Source: Paraspadella gotoi (lineage: Eukaryota > Animalia > Chaetognatha). Taken from it: DNA of 64,000 bases. The position numbers and the translations under genes are program-made. Under the pieces are notes generated by a model. That model worked only from the letters and a program-made list of their open reading frames with translations. It was not told where the DNA came from and made no database searches. Shown here piece after piece: positions 1 to 12,830 of this stretch; within the stretch, counting starts at the first letter, position 1; every line of letters begins with the position of its first letter. The stretch lies in contig CM119271.1 in NCBI GenBank assembly GCA_051294375.1, positions 8,856,120 through 8,920,119 on the forward strand, given 5' to 3'.

Positions 1-3000
1 TTCGGAGCGCAGCAAACCTAATCCAGAAAAAATAGTACATATAAAATCTTCCCTAACAACGATAATCTTCTCTTCTCTTAGGTTTTGTTAATAACTGACT
101 CCGCTGTATTTTTAAATTTTATTTAANNNNNNNNNNNNNNNNNNNNNNNNNNNNNNNNNNNNNNNNNNNNNNNNNNNNNNNNNNNNNNNNNNNNNNNNNN
201 NNNNNNNNNNNNNNNNNNNNNNNNNNNNNNNNNNNNNNNNNNNNNNNNNNNNNNNNNNNNNNNNNNNNNNNNNNNNNNNNNNNNNNNNNNNNNNNNNNNN
301 NNNNNNNNNNNNNNNNNNNNNNNNNNNNNNNNNNTTCAACTTTTCATATTTCGGCGTAAAAAGACAAACTCACTCAGAAATCATATTTTTTCAAGAATAA
401 TTTCGTTGGCGTTTTTGTGATCTGTGCCTTACGTGACCCCGGGACTTGTTACCTTTTGTATGTGGGCTACGAAGATTTTCTTTTTGGAGAAAAAAAAACA
501 CTTTTGGGAAATTGTTCATACGATAGGGGTCCGTATAAAACGAACATCATTAATTCATAGATATTAGACAGTCGATCAAACAACCCCGAGTCGCGTGAGT
601 TACGTTGATTTTAATGAGTCAAGGATTAGCGCCCAAAAATAAAGTCACAACTAAACAAAAAAAAAGGCCACAACGTTGCGCACATTTTTTTTCCCTGGAC
701 TAGTACACATTCTTCTCTCCCCCCTCCCCTTAACCCCCCCTCAGTCCCCCCCACCCTCTCCCAAATCCGTTCGTCGCGCATTTTTAAACCTCGTTATTAA
801 CTTTGGCCTTTATTTACTTTTTTTTTCCCCCTTCGGATCGACGACGTACATAATCCAGAGTTACGCGTTGTCAGCAGAACATCTCTTTTTTCCTCCGCCG
901 GTCATCGCCCACGATTTCGAGAAAAGACTGACACGATCCAGAAGACGCGACGAGGGACGGACGGANNNNNNNNNNNNNNNNNNNNNNNNNNNNNNNNNNN
1001 NNNNNNNNNNNNNNNNNNNNNNNNNNNNNNNNNNNNNNNNNNNNNNNNNNNNNNNNNNNNNNNNNNNNNNNNNNNNNNNNNNNNNNNNNNNNNNNNNNNN
1101 NNNNNNNNNNNNNNNNNNNNNNNNNNNNNNNNNNNNNNNNNNNNNNNNNNNNNNNNNNNNNNNNNNNNNNNNNNNNNNNGCATGTCTACTAGACATTGTC
1201 TCGTGATCTAGTTGTTTACTGATCGGGATTCTTTGTTTTTTATGCTATGTTATATTCGATGCTTTTAGAGTAAAGTATACATATGTAAAGGAAAGTAAAG
1301 TAAAGTATATATATGTAGTTATGTACATTCGATTTTTGAGAAGAATCTACGTGAATTTTTTTTCACTCAACCATAAAGCGTAAACTTTCTTCACTTCGAA
1401 TCTGTTGATTTTTCAGATAACAAATATACTTTAGTACGATTCTCCACTGACAACATCCTTTCAACTCGTNNNNNNNNNNNNNNNNNNNNNNNNNNNNNNN
1501 NNNNNNNNNNNNNNNNNNNNNNNNNNNNNNNNNNNNNNNNNNNNNNNNNNNNNNNNNNNNNNNNNNNNNNNNNNNNNNNNNNNNNNNNNNNNNNNNNNNN
1601 NNNNNNNNNNNNNNNNNNNNNNNNNNNNNNNNNNNNNNNNNNNNNNNNNNNNNNNNNNNNNNNNNNNNNNNNNNNNNNNNNNNNNNNNNNNNNNNNNNNN
1701 NNNNNNNNNNNNNNNNNNNNNNNNNNNNNNNNNNNNNNNNNNNNNNNNNNNNNNNNNNNNNNNNNNNNNNNNNNNAAATTTTAATTAAAATAAGTTCGAT
1801 TTTAATAATTACAGTTGCGAAGTTGAGCATTGGATTTGGAGAAATAGACAATCTCACGATGTATTCGAAAAANNNNNNNNNNNNNNNNNNNNNNNNNNNN
1901 NNNNNNNNNNNNNNNNNNNNNNNNNNNNNNNNNNNNNNNNNNNNNNNNNNNNNNNNNNNNNNNNNNNNNNNNNNNNNNNNNNNNNNNNNNNNNNNNNNNN
2001 NNNNNNNNNNNNNNNNNNNNNNNNNNNNNNNNNNNNNNNNNNNNNNNNNNNNNNNNNNNNNNNNNNNNNNNNNNNNNNNNNNNNNNNNNNNNNNNNNNNN
2101 NNNNNNNNNNNNNNNNNNNNNNNNNNNNNNNNNNNNNNNNNNAGTTTATTGCCTCCTTGAAATCGGTCGTTAAAAATAACCAGTGGCTGGAGGAAGATGT
2201 GTATGTTTGCGCGTTGTCTAAACATTGTATATATATATATAATTATAACACATTATGGAGATTTTAAAATTACTTGTTCCTGCTATATGTAATAAAATAT
2301 ATTTTAGTTAAAAAATGTCAGATTTATATTTACGCAAATATCAAGCTCGATATTTAATATTTTGTATTTTATAATAAGGAGAGGATGGAAATTGAGGGAG
2401 CATATTTTGTTTTAGTTTTAATGAAGAAATTAGTAATATAAATTTTATATTTGATTTTAAAAAATATTAGTTAATGATTTGTAAATATTTAAAGTCCATA
2501 CGATATCGTCAAACGGTATTGCGTTTTCTTAAAGCTTGAGGAATTCCAAAATGATATCCAGAACTGGTTAAAATTTCTGAACCTCGTATCGATTATTTTT
2601 TTCCTCCCACCCTGTTTTCGATCTTGTGTGGCATTTGAATGTTAGGAGTTGAATAATATAGAATAATAAAATAAAATAATAATATGAAATTGGTACAACC
2701 AATATAAAAATTATCAATTCATTTAATATATATATATATATATATAATAATCGAATAATATTTTTTCTGTATTATAGCTCGATCAAAAAATACCTTATGT
2801 TACGTGTTAAACTATTGTACTAAAAAAGAAAAATTTTAAAAGGCCATTTTTTAAGGATGATTATCCATTATTACAAATACTAAAATAATCTATTAATATT
2901 TGCTAAGCCTAAGGAATAGGGAATAAAATTGAGTTCAATATCATCCTAACTTTTTCTCACAAAAATTTGATTTGCGACGTTTAAAAAGTTTGTTCCACCC

Positions 3001-3371
3001 TCGATAATTCATCTTCGTTTGTTTTATATTTCAACATTTCAACATTTTCTTCTCATTTTATTTTTTTCCCCTTTTCTTTCATTTTTTTCTTCTTCCCTTT
3101 CCATTCATCTTCTCTTCTTTCTTCATTTTTTCTTTCATTTCTTCGACCTGTCAGATATGAGCTCTTGAAGAATGGATAAAGGCGAATGGAAGAGGAAGAG
3201 CGAGACTGAGAGAGAGAGAGAGACAGAGATAGACACAGAGAGAGGGAAGGAGAGCGAAAGTTAAAAATGGGTTGACCAAAACAACGCATTGAAGAGCAGA
3301 AACAGCAAACGGAGAAAACAGAAACTGACATATCATTGGGAAGAGAAATAGAGAGAGAGAAGAGAGAGAGA

Positions 3372-3417
<46 letters not shown>

Positions 3418-4867
3418 NNNNNNNNNNNNNNNNNNNNNNNNNNNNNCTTTTTTAATACTCTCTTGAAAGATAGACGAGGTAGGACTGCAGAAAAGGGGGA
3501 CGGAAATAAAAGAAAGAGAAGAAAGAAAATAAAGGTAGATTGGGACAGAGAATCCGGTTTGTAACGTTGCTACGTTCTCTCCTCCAATCCCTTTACGTCT
3601 TTACATTCGCCTTTCATTCACAATGATCACCGATGATTCACCATCTTTCATATTTTACATAATGAAAACCGACCACCATCTCGCGACTTCCCATCACCCC
3701 TTCTCTCTTTCTCCGCCGCGGCCCGGNNNNNNNNNNNNNNNNNNNNNNNNNNNNNNNNNNNNNNNNNNNNNNNNNNNNNNNNNNNNNNNNNNNNNNNNNN
3801 NNNNNNNNNNNNNNNNNNNNNNNNNNNNNNNNNNNNNNNNNNNNNNNNNNNNNNNNNNNNNNNNNNNNNNNNNNNNNNNNNNNNNNNNNNNNNNNNNNNN
3901 NNNNNNNNNNNNNNNNNNNNNNNNNNNNNNNNNNNNNNNNNNNNNNNNNNNNNNNNNNNNNNNNNNNNNNNNNNNNNNNNNNNNNNNNNNNNNNNNNNNN
4001 NNNNNNNNNNNNNNNNNNNNNNNNNNNNTCGTCGTCGTCGTCGTCGTCGTCGTCGGCTGTTGTCAACGTCGACGTATAGAGATGAGGACGAGAACGAGAC
4101 AAGTTGAAGGAGATCGTCATCATCATCATCATCATCATCAACAACAACAACGACGATGACAAACTTTTCGGTTAAAGTAACCTTCTTTTTTTTCGGCTGG
4201 TGCAGCTAAAAAGTAATTTAATTTTATCTAAAAAAAGTAAACATTTTATAACAGACGTTATTGAGTTTCGGAGGTGATGATAAATAATGAAATTAAAAAC
4301 AATCCTTTGTAACTAAGAAAGTATCGTTATTTAATAATTACATCCCTAGCCTAAGCTTTTATTGAGGGTTTACGGTATCTAAGCCTATGCCTAAGCTTTT
4401 ATTGNNNNNNNNNNNNNNNNNNNNNNNNNNNNNNNNNNNNNNNNNNNNNNNNNNNNNNNNNNNNNNNNNNNNNNNNNNNNNNNNNNNNNNNNNNNNNNNN
4501 NNNNNNNNNNNNNNNNNNNNNNNNNNNNNNNNNNNNNNNNNNNNNNNNNNNNGCCATGTCCATTGTCCATGCCATGCCCCGCCATGTCATTGCCAACCGC
4601 CCAGCTGGACGGTCGCCAAACGAGCTCATCAAAAGCCAACGGGTCTTCCAGGGACGAGAGTTAAATTCACCGACGATTCACGTGATCACTCGATGTTCAT
4701 TTGTTTCCTCTTTCCACTTTATGGTGCCAAGAGGGTCATGGTGGCACCATGAGAAGTTTTCATCGTGTCCCGCCAGATGTCGAGAGGCTACGGAAATGGA
4801 ATCTGGCATCAGAAGAACATATTGACTGGGGAAAAGTTTAAAAATTGTGTGGAGTCTTGGTCTGAAA

Positions 4868-5060
4868 TGGAATGAAATGGTATGAAAATGTATAAGATGG
4901 TATGAAATGGTATGAAAATGTATAAGATGGTATGAAATGGTATGAAAATGTATAAGATGGTTTGAAATGGTATGAAAATGTATAAGATGGTATGAAATGG
5001 TATGAAAATGTATAAGATGGTTTGAAATGGTATGAAAATGTATAAGATGGTATGAAATGG
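4868..5060. repeat. 30-bp minisatellite, ~6 copies (TATGAAATGGTATGAAAATGTATAAGATGG)
   Basis: Direct tandem repeats visible; they generate the repetitive ORFs 4678..5124 and 4809..5096. Confidence 0.95.
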
Positions 5061-5349
5061 TAAAGAGACGGAAATCATAGAGTATATATCGGTCACCCAG
5101 TAATAAAACGGTTTCTTTTTTCATGAAAAAAAAATAAAAAGAAAGAAAGAAAGAAAGACATTAAGTCCTTTGTTCCGTATCGCTTCGACGTTTAAATTAT
5201 TGAGCAACAAAGACTAATTATTAAAAAAAAATTGTCTCTCATTTGGCTTTGACTAATAACTTAAAGTCAGGGCCATCATCGTTTTCGTCTTAGTCGTCTT
5301 TGTCGGCGTCGTCTTCGTCGTCGTCGTCATCCTTTGTGTCGGCTCGTTA

Positions 5350-5515
5350 TCGATGTTGACATCATCGCTGACATTGACTTGTCATCGATGTTGACATCAT
5401 CGCTGACATTGACTTGTCATCGATGTTGACATCATTGCTGACATTGACTTGTCATCGATGTTGACATCATCGATGACATTGACTTGTCATCGATGTTGAC
5501 ATCATCGCTGACATC
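5350..5515. repeat. 35-bp minisatellite, ~4.7 copies (TCGATGTTGACATCATCGCTGACATTGACTTGTCA)
   Basis: CGATGTTGAC recurs at 5351, 5386, 5421, 5456 and 5491; no spacers. Confidence 0.95.
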
Positions 5516-5626
5516 AACGGAATCCAGAAGCCTATCAATGGTTTCGATGTTTACCAAAATATTGTCATTTTTTCACATTTCATAAAGTCTTTATCAAGTT
5601 ATGACATGGTTGTAAGCATTTCATAC

Positions 5627-5767
5627 GAAATTTGTACAAACAATATAAAAATTATCCATTTATTTAATAAATAAGCTATCTTGCCCCTAACTTTGGACAG
5701 GCCTCCATCCCTCTTACAAGATAATAACATAGCAGGACATAGCAAGCCTTCAATCAAGACTCTCTCA
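5627..5767 (+). repeat. Dispersed repeat family copy
   Basis: Matches the reverse complement of ~31034-31194. Its end motif TATGAAATTGGTACAACCAATATAAAAATTATC also occurs, with variants, at 2683, 22602 and 57527. Confidence 0.85.
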
Positions 5768-6319
5768 TTGTTATTCCAACTTTCTTTTATTAGTATGCGT
5801 TGCTCTGGACGTTTTTCGTGTCGTTGTTGTCTGACTGCTGATTGACTGTTGTTCCGAGTGCTGTTTTCTAATTCGTTCCTTCGCCCATCCGATCGCCGAT
5901 CGCCGATCGCCGTCGTCTTCTTCGCCTTGTCATAATTCCTAATTATCTTTTCTTCGTCGTCGTNNNNNNNNNNNNNNNNNNNNNNNNNNNNNNNNNNNNN
6001 NNNNNNNNNNNNNNNNNNNNNNNNNNNNNNNNNNNNNNNNNNNNNNNNNNNNNNNNNNNNNNNNNNNNNNNNNNNNNNNNNNNNNNNNNNNNNNNNNNNN
6101 NNNNTGTTGTTCCGAGTGCTGTTTTCTAATTCGTTCCTTCGCCCCTCCGATCGCCGATCGCCGTCGTCTTCTTCGTCTTGTCATAATTCCTAATTATCTT
6201 TTCATCGTCGTCGTCGTCGTCGTCGTCGTTCGAGAAAGAAAAACTAAGATGCCACTTTTTGCGGTCGACAATCTCGACTGAGTCTTCCTGGGTGGCATCG
6301 ACGACGGAGGTGACTCGGA

Positions 6320-6350
<31 letters not shown>

Positions 6351-6429
6351 TGGCCCTCCGGCGACGCGTTTACGACGACGATGAGGAAAAAATTATTGTA
6401 AGGAACTTCCGAACGATGAGGCTTTGAAG

Positions 6430-9400
6430 TTGGATGTCGCGTTCATAGCTAAATTCGCTTTCCCAATTCAGGCCGCCATTCGTATAACGTCCGCAGGTCT
6501 AGGAATGGGTTGAGCTGGGCGGCGGTGACACATGGGGAACGGTCTGCACGTTAACTTCAGCCTCTAGCATCGCGAGGAACATTCTCTCAATTGCGGGTAC
6601 TTCGTCTGGGAAAATAGCGAAGCTGCACGCTCGGCATTGGATAATTTCTGCATACTTTAAATCTTTTAAAGTCAGCCAATTTTATCTTTTTTGTTCTAGC
6701 ATCTGCCGTCTTGGCGCAATGCTTTTCTCCATTCAATCCATCTCAGTTGATCGCGTGTTTCATCGTCGCGCAATCAAACGAAGTTTATTTATGGGAGTCA
6801 GAACATTTGCTGCGGGACTCGAAGGGCCCAAGGTTCTACATTGGATTTTTTGTTTGAGCGTTTATCCGTGGCGTCTCGACAGTCTTCGTCGGCCTCAGTC
6901 GGTAAGGATGTTGCTGGGATTGGTTTCGCGCGACAGCTTCTGTTCGGCCACTCCGCTTTCTGGGCGCCACAAGAAGTCAGTCCGGGCCATTGTGAAAACG
7001 TTGCCATTGTGGGGTAACACCAGCAGGAAGACCTCTGCTGCAATCGTCACGGGGATTTTCAGATACCGTCGCGACGTAGCGCCATTCGTGGACATCGTGT
7101 AATTCCCTAATTCGAGATAAAAACGCGTTTTCTAAAGAAAGCTGCAAATTTAGACTTAACAATCAAAAATTTGTTTCAAACCGTTTCAGAATTCAGTCCA
7201 CATTACTACTTTTTTCAAACCGGTCATGTGTCATCTCTTCTACCACGTGTGTGTCGAAATCTCTGCGCCCGAGCATTGCCGCCGCAACTCCAATCTCGGG
7301 ATCGAGTTGTGGTGAGACGCTTTGAGGAATCGGCCGGCGTCACTCGGACCTGACATAATAAAGGCAACATGAGATTTTCCGTCAAGTAGGGTGGGACAGT
7401 TCTACATAGAATGGACGCCGTTAGCCATCATAGGGCTGAGCGTCGAAAAAACGTGAAGCCTCCCTGGACGTGGGCGTCAGTCTCTCTTGTTGCAATTCCA
7501 TCGCGGGAAGTTTGATGGACTCGCAATTCTGCATTGTTGACGCCAGGTGATCAAAGTCCTTGATAGACATCTGCAGAGGGAATCCCGTCCGCTGTTGCTT
7601 CGTTCGCTCGCGCTGGAAAGTAATTGCGTCCTTTTCAGCGTAAACGCGAAACGATGCCCAGTGGATGTACAGCTGGCGTAAGAGACAAAAATTTGGTGTC
7701 TTGTTGTTAATAACAAGCGTTTTTTAACACTTTTTCACTGATTAATGCATGGGGGAAAAATAATTCATCAAAAAATTGAAAGATGCAAACACCCAATACT
7801 TTATCTCGGGGTCGGTTCGTCTTTCACTCATTATCGTTGTTCCATTTCAGTAACACGTTTTCGTTTGTGTCCGTCGCATTGATCAGGTTCGTCTTCCAGA
7901 ACACTTGCACAGAGCATTTCCATTTCGTCAATCGACACCCGCCGCGGCGAAGAGCTTCAGTCAGGCCCTTCCTTAATCTCATCTTCCTGCGACCTGGTTG
8001 CTTCGTCGGCGATTGATCCAGGTAAAATCGTCACATAGATATTGGCCGAATAATCGGCCTCCGCAAACCTCCATTGGCAATTTTCCTTCCAACGTTTTCG
8101 CGGTGGGTTTTTTGAGGGGCTATAATTAGCCACGAAGCGGTGAACTTTTTGCACCAAAAATATGGACCCTAATTCAAAGCAGGCGCTAATTGTGTACATG
8201 GGCATCATCCTCAAACCACCAATATTGGAAGCAATGATACATCGTTTCCTTTCATCAACAAATACCTGGTGGAAAAAATCCGCGAATATCCCGGCTAATG
8301 CCACTCTGTGGCGTCGAAACGTAACATGGGACGCCAATAGATTTGTTCATGTAGTCTGGCCAGTCAACAACTCGTCATTGAGAGATTTACCCTTTCACGC
8401 TTGCGCGTGCATCATGACAAATACGTACTTTGTTTTTATCATGTCGCTTACTACTACGTGAAAGTGCGAAGGGTCCAAACGGTTTCTTCTTGAGATCTGG
8501 TTGACGTCGACTTTCGCGCGTGCCTTTCCTCCACAAACGGTTTTTCATCTCATCATTGGACTCAAGTTTCTTTTGTCCAGCAGGATTTTCGGTTGATGTT
8601 TGGTCGATAAGAGGACTGCAAAACGATGAGGGCATCGTTGCCGAAATCTCTACTGTTCAAAACCTTCAGCGCTTTTTCTCTACCTCTCACCATTTGGCTA
8701 AACCAACAAAAATAGATGCCCTTCTTCTCATCATACCGTAAATGCGGTTGATTCCAATTGGTTTCACGGCGTACTCATCTTCAACAGATGGTAAAGCTTT
8801 GTTGCACTTGGCGCCGAACAAAGTCACCGATGAAATAAGCGTCGAATATCTTTCTTGGATTTTTCTTCATCATCTTCCTCTATGTACTCCGCAGTGATAC
8901 GGGCACAGTGGACATCACTCCGTCCGTACCAGGGCGCCGCGACCAACGAGGCGCTCCAACCAAATTGGTCATGAGTGCGAATTGCTGATCTCAGCGCCAG
9001 TCGTACTTCACCGCCGATCCAAGTATAGGCAAATCCCGCTGGGAGGAGCGCATTTCCACACTCCTTGTCAGTGAGATTGGCGGAATGTGAAACCCCTTCC
9101 AGATGTGGTCTTCCGGCCACATCTTTCATTACAAGGGGGGGCGCGTCGATCCTTCCGATGTCAGCAGTTTTCCCACAAATCGCGCGGTGGACGACAACAT
9201 GGAAAAAAGTTCCAATCAAGCGGTTCCACATTGAAATCGGCCACATCCCGATGCATTCGTTGAATCGCTATCGAGGGTCCTGACTTCTCATGGGAATATG
9301 GGTATTAACCATCTAGTTTAATCATCAGGCAATGTTTTGTTTTAAGACACATCGATTACACCACTATCAATTCATGGCGTAAGTGTGTACACTTGCGTCC

Positions 9401-12400
9401 GCCGGTTTCTACAAACGACCGGTACAACTGACGAAGGTCGATTCACCTGGTGCGGACGCAACCGCCAGTCAACTGACGCCGTACCTGCAGCCACTGCAGG
9501 GGTGGTGTGGTTGTCCGTCATGGGGATCGTTTTGATTTGGATCAAAGGTACACGTTCACCTCGTTGCTGTAGTTGTTCGCGCCACGGCACCTGGGTAAGG
9601 GGCTGCTGGGCATGGCCGAAGGGGGTATAAGAGGGGTCGCAGAGGGAGGGGAAGGCGGGTTGCGTAAGTATGGCTGTGCAAACGTGCGTCGGCTGTATTG
9701 CGTTATTTGTCGTAGGATTAAATCGCGCGACGGAGCCATCCATGTAACCGTTTGATGATGATTGGCCTCTACATAAAGAGCATGGAAACTCCAAACCTGC
9801 ATTTTGCATAGCTAGGTGTTTCCGCGTTCAGGCAATTTGAAACAAAAGTCTTTCTACCCAAAATCATATCAGCTCTTTCCTGAACTCCAAGGAGCCTATA
9901 CCCTGCACAATCCCATACCATATGGTTTTGACCTACAGAAATGCACAATGCGTGTGGCTTCGGTCAGAGCAGGGTCGCATTTAAACATTGGCGCTCCCGG
10001 GTTTAGCGTTTGATGTCATAGGTTGCTTGCGCCTGTGACTCGGGCTGATAGAGTGTTGCGGGAATAGGTTGAGCAGCCACAGGGTTTGCCTGTGGTACTG
10101 CCTGTGAGCGACAAACATAAACCACATCCGGTATCTATCGTCTGCCGTCTGTGGGAGCCAACCTTGGTGGTTGCTCTTTACTTCTGCGTCGTCTTCTCTA
10201 CTCGGTTTGAGTGGTTGGTGGGATCGGTAGTCATCCAGGGAATCGAAAATTCATCGATTGTTCATCTCTGCGGAAGGCCGGGCGCGCCCCCACGTTTTGG
10301 AATCGGCGGGTGCGAGCGCTTTACGGGATGCGACAACCGCTGCTACGACGCCCGCTCGACGACTTCTTTTTCCGTAGTAGACGGATTTTACTTGCTAAAA
10401 AAGGTTGCATTTTATAGGAATTCAATTAATTCGTAATCGTTCTTTCCTTCCTGATAAATACAAACTCTCGGGAGTTGAATCTCAGCGAAATTTTTCTTTC
10501 CATTGGGAAAACTTGGTTTCAAGAATCTCCGCCAATGACCGTATCTCTGTTTAAAACGCGGATCGGCTTTCGCTTCCGCCGAATCCCAACGATGTTCTCA
10601 AGCCGGGTAATCGCCTCATCGATGTCGTTCGTCGGTGGCTTTCCCGCCAGCGAGCAATCTCGTAAGCATTCTCATGAGGAAGCGAAGCAATCGCGGTCGG
10701 CCAAACTCTTTTCGCCCAGCATGGTTATAGCTCCGCGTGACCGCTGCTGCATACATCTGTCGGTGAAAATATTTCTGGCAATTTCAGGTTTTGCGAGACC
10801 GCCCAAACCAGAAGCGTTAATTCTTGGTGCACGCATCTGGTCAGTAACGCCTGGTTGTGACATTGTCAGATTCCCTTGTTGCATATGAATTTTCAAAAAC
10901 AACCTTATTTTTGGCATCTTCGCTCATGAAGACTTCCTCAGCGGCGAAGATCCTTCAACATTTGGATGGTTGATTCGGTTGACTGTGAAACAAAATTCTC
11001 TCAAACTGTGGTTAGCAGTGGGCGGGACTGCCGGTCCATGATGGCGCGGCAAGTAATCGAGGAGGGGCCTCAGGGTATCGATCCTGCTGCCATTTGCTTC
11101 TCCCCCACCTTCTGCTGTAGGTGTTGTCCCTGTCGCGGCGGCTGCGTCTGTTCTTCGCCCAACTCTTGTTCTAAACCGCCGTATATAGTCGGTCAAGCTT
11201 GTAATTTGACGTTGCGTTGTCGGTGATCGCCGATCGCTGGGGTTAGTGGTTCTCTACTTTGTCTCGGCGCATCTCTTTGTTCAGGAGGGGTTTCAAATAC
11301 TGGCGGCATGGTTCTGAGGAGTTACGGTGGCTGCTCTTGCAGTCGGCGGTTGTCCCGCCGTCACCTGTCAACCTCATCCTTTCTATTGGTTGCAGCCATC
11401 TCGGCTAGAGTTCTCGCCATCCGATCTCTTTCTCTTTCTGTGCAGAGAAGTACTGAGCCATCCGTGCTCTTCTGGTTTTGGTCATCCAAAAATTCCTACT
11501 CATTTGATCTCTCTCCCGGGCCTTTTTCTCTCTCCTTCATGCCTTGAGCTGGTTCTGCTGTTGCGTGAAGGCCTTCGAATGCAAGAGGCATTCGCCTCCT
11601 AGGGAGGGTAACGTGCAGAAGCCGACGGGCTTGTCTTTGCGCGAAAAGGTTACTCTGCGGAAGCGATCCGGCAGGAGTGCAAATCCTTCCGTGAGATTGT
11701 CAAAGTTCTCCCCCGCGCATTAGCGTTAGAAGACGCTAATGTCCCGTGCGCGAGTCGGTGCTATTCTAATGGCAGCTTGACTCTTCTCGTCGGCGCATTT
11801 GTGACGAACCTGCTTCAAGCTCTCTTAGTTGTTGATCTTTCGTTCTCAGTACTCGCTGAGCTATATCACGTTCTTGCTTCGCAGTGCATTATCCGAGCAG
11901 CGCGGTTATATTGTAGTCGCTCCTGTTCGTGGGAGTACTCACGGGTATTGACTCGAAATGTATAGCTTTCATTCAGAGCTGCTATTCGTAGATTTACGAT
12001 CCATCCCCTACCTAGTAGCTCCAAACTGATGAGTAGGATAGATAGACCGTAAAAACTGTCGGCTGCGAGGCGAGGTTGATTCAGAAGCCGTTGTCGTCGT
12101 TACGTTGTCGTTCGTCCAGTTTGGCGCGTCCTCCAGTGGGTCCTCTGTCGAGCCGGAGGCCGGTTGAAGTGCCCGTTGATGGTGCGACGGTAGTACGACT
12201 GTCGCGGTTAATGATCCCACGACATCGATTCCCTTCCTTCGCTAGCTATGTCGAACGGGTCTAAAAAAGCGGTACGAGGGGGAGCCTTGATACCGGAAGG
12301 ACCTGGTTCTAGATGCGACAGGTTCATCTAATCTCGTAGCTGTCGCGGCTCCCCCACCGTTGAGCTATTCGCCAACTCGATCTTCGTGCCAGTGCTCTCC

Positions 12401-12830
12401 CCAAATTAGCGGTTAATCATGCCATCAAAGGGGAGGAGGGCTGAGTGTTGTTGCGTACATGGTATAGGTATATGTCGAACGGTTCCTATTCCTGCTCATA
12501 GGAAAACTGCGTTAAGGGTTGTCTCAGCATATCGGGGATTGTTTGGAAGGATCTCCTGCGTTTCTCTCCATCGCCGAAGTACAGAGAAGGGTTTGGTACA
12601 TAATCACTGGCTGCTGCGGTTATCTGCTGACAATTTGAAGCTTTTGCTCTAACGCCTCCCTCATGCTATTGGCGACATACGATCTGGCGGAGATCCGTTA
12701 TCTTCCGCGTGTACCATGGAGTCGTTGAAACGGTGTGGAAGAGGCGTCTCCATCTCGATGCAAATTCTGTTGGAGCCAAACTGCTTCCTCCGCTTCCTTG
12801 AAAAAGGTCCATCGTTCTCGGTGCAGAAGC
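6430..12830 (-). mobile_element. BEL/Pao-family LTR retrotransposon internal region (gag-protease-RT-RNaseH, truncated at the start of integrase), heavily frameshifted
   Basis: Minus-strand motifs occur in Pao order across frames: gag-like Cys region (~9780); protease-region RPHLEGV...RTHDQFGW (8960-9110); KVRICHDARA-SVKG/KSLNDELLTG (~8360-8430); FRRHRVALAGIFADFFHQV (~8265-8320); NIYV..LPG (YVDD-like, ~8030); HPLGIVS (~7660); LHVFS(DAS) (~7450); IPRLEL (~7290); SRIRELHDVHEWRYVATVSENPRDDCSRGLP (7025-7120); NGPDFLWRPES (~6970). LTRs were not identified and boundaries are approximate. Confidence 0.85.

Noticed and set aside
112-4632. ORFs spanning N runs
   Set aside because: Artefacts of translating assembly gaps.
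4678-5124. Repetitive ORFs (HFHTISYHLI)n and (IPFHTILYIF)n
   Set aside because: Translations of the 30-bp minisatellite.
5350-5515. Palindromic 35-bp repeats as a possible CRISPR array
   Set aside because: No unique spacers, eukaryotic context, no cas genes.
5845-6210. ~100-bp direct repeat on both sides of an N gap
   Set aside because: Typical unmerged contig overlap across a scaffold gap.
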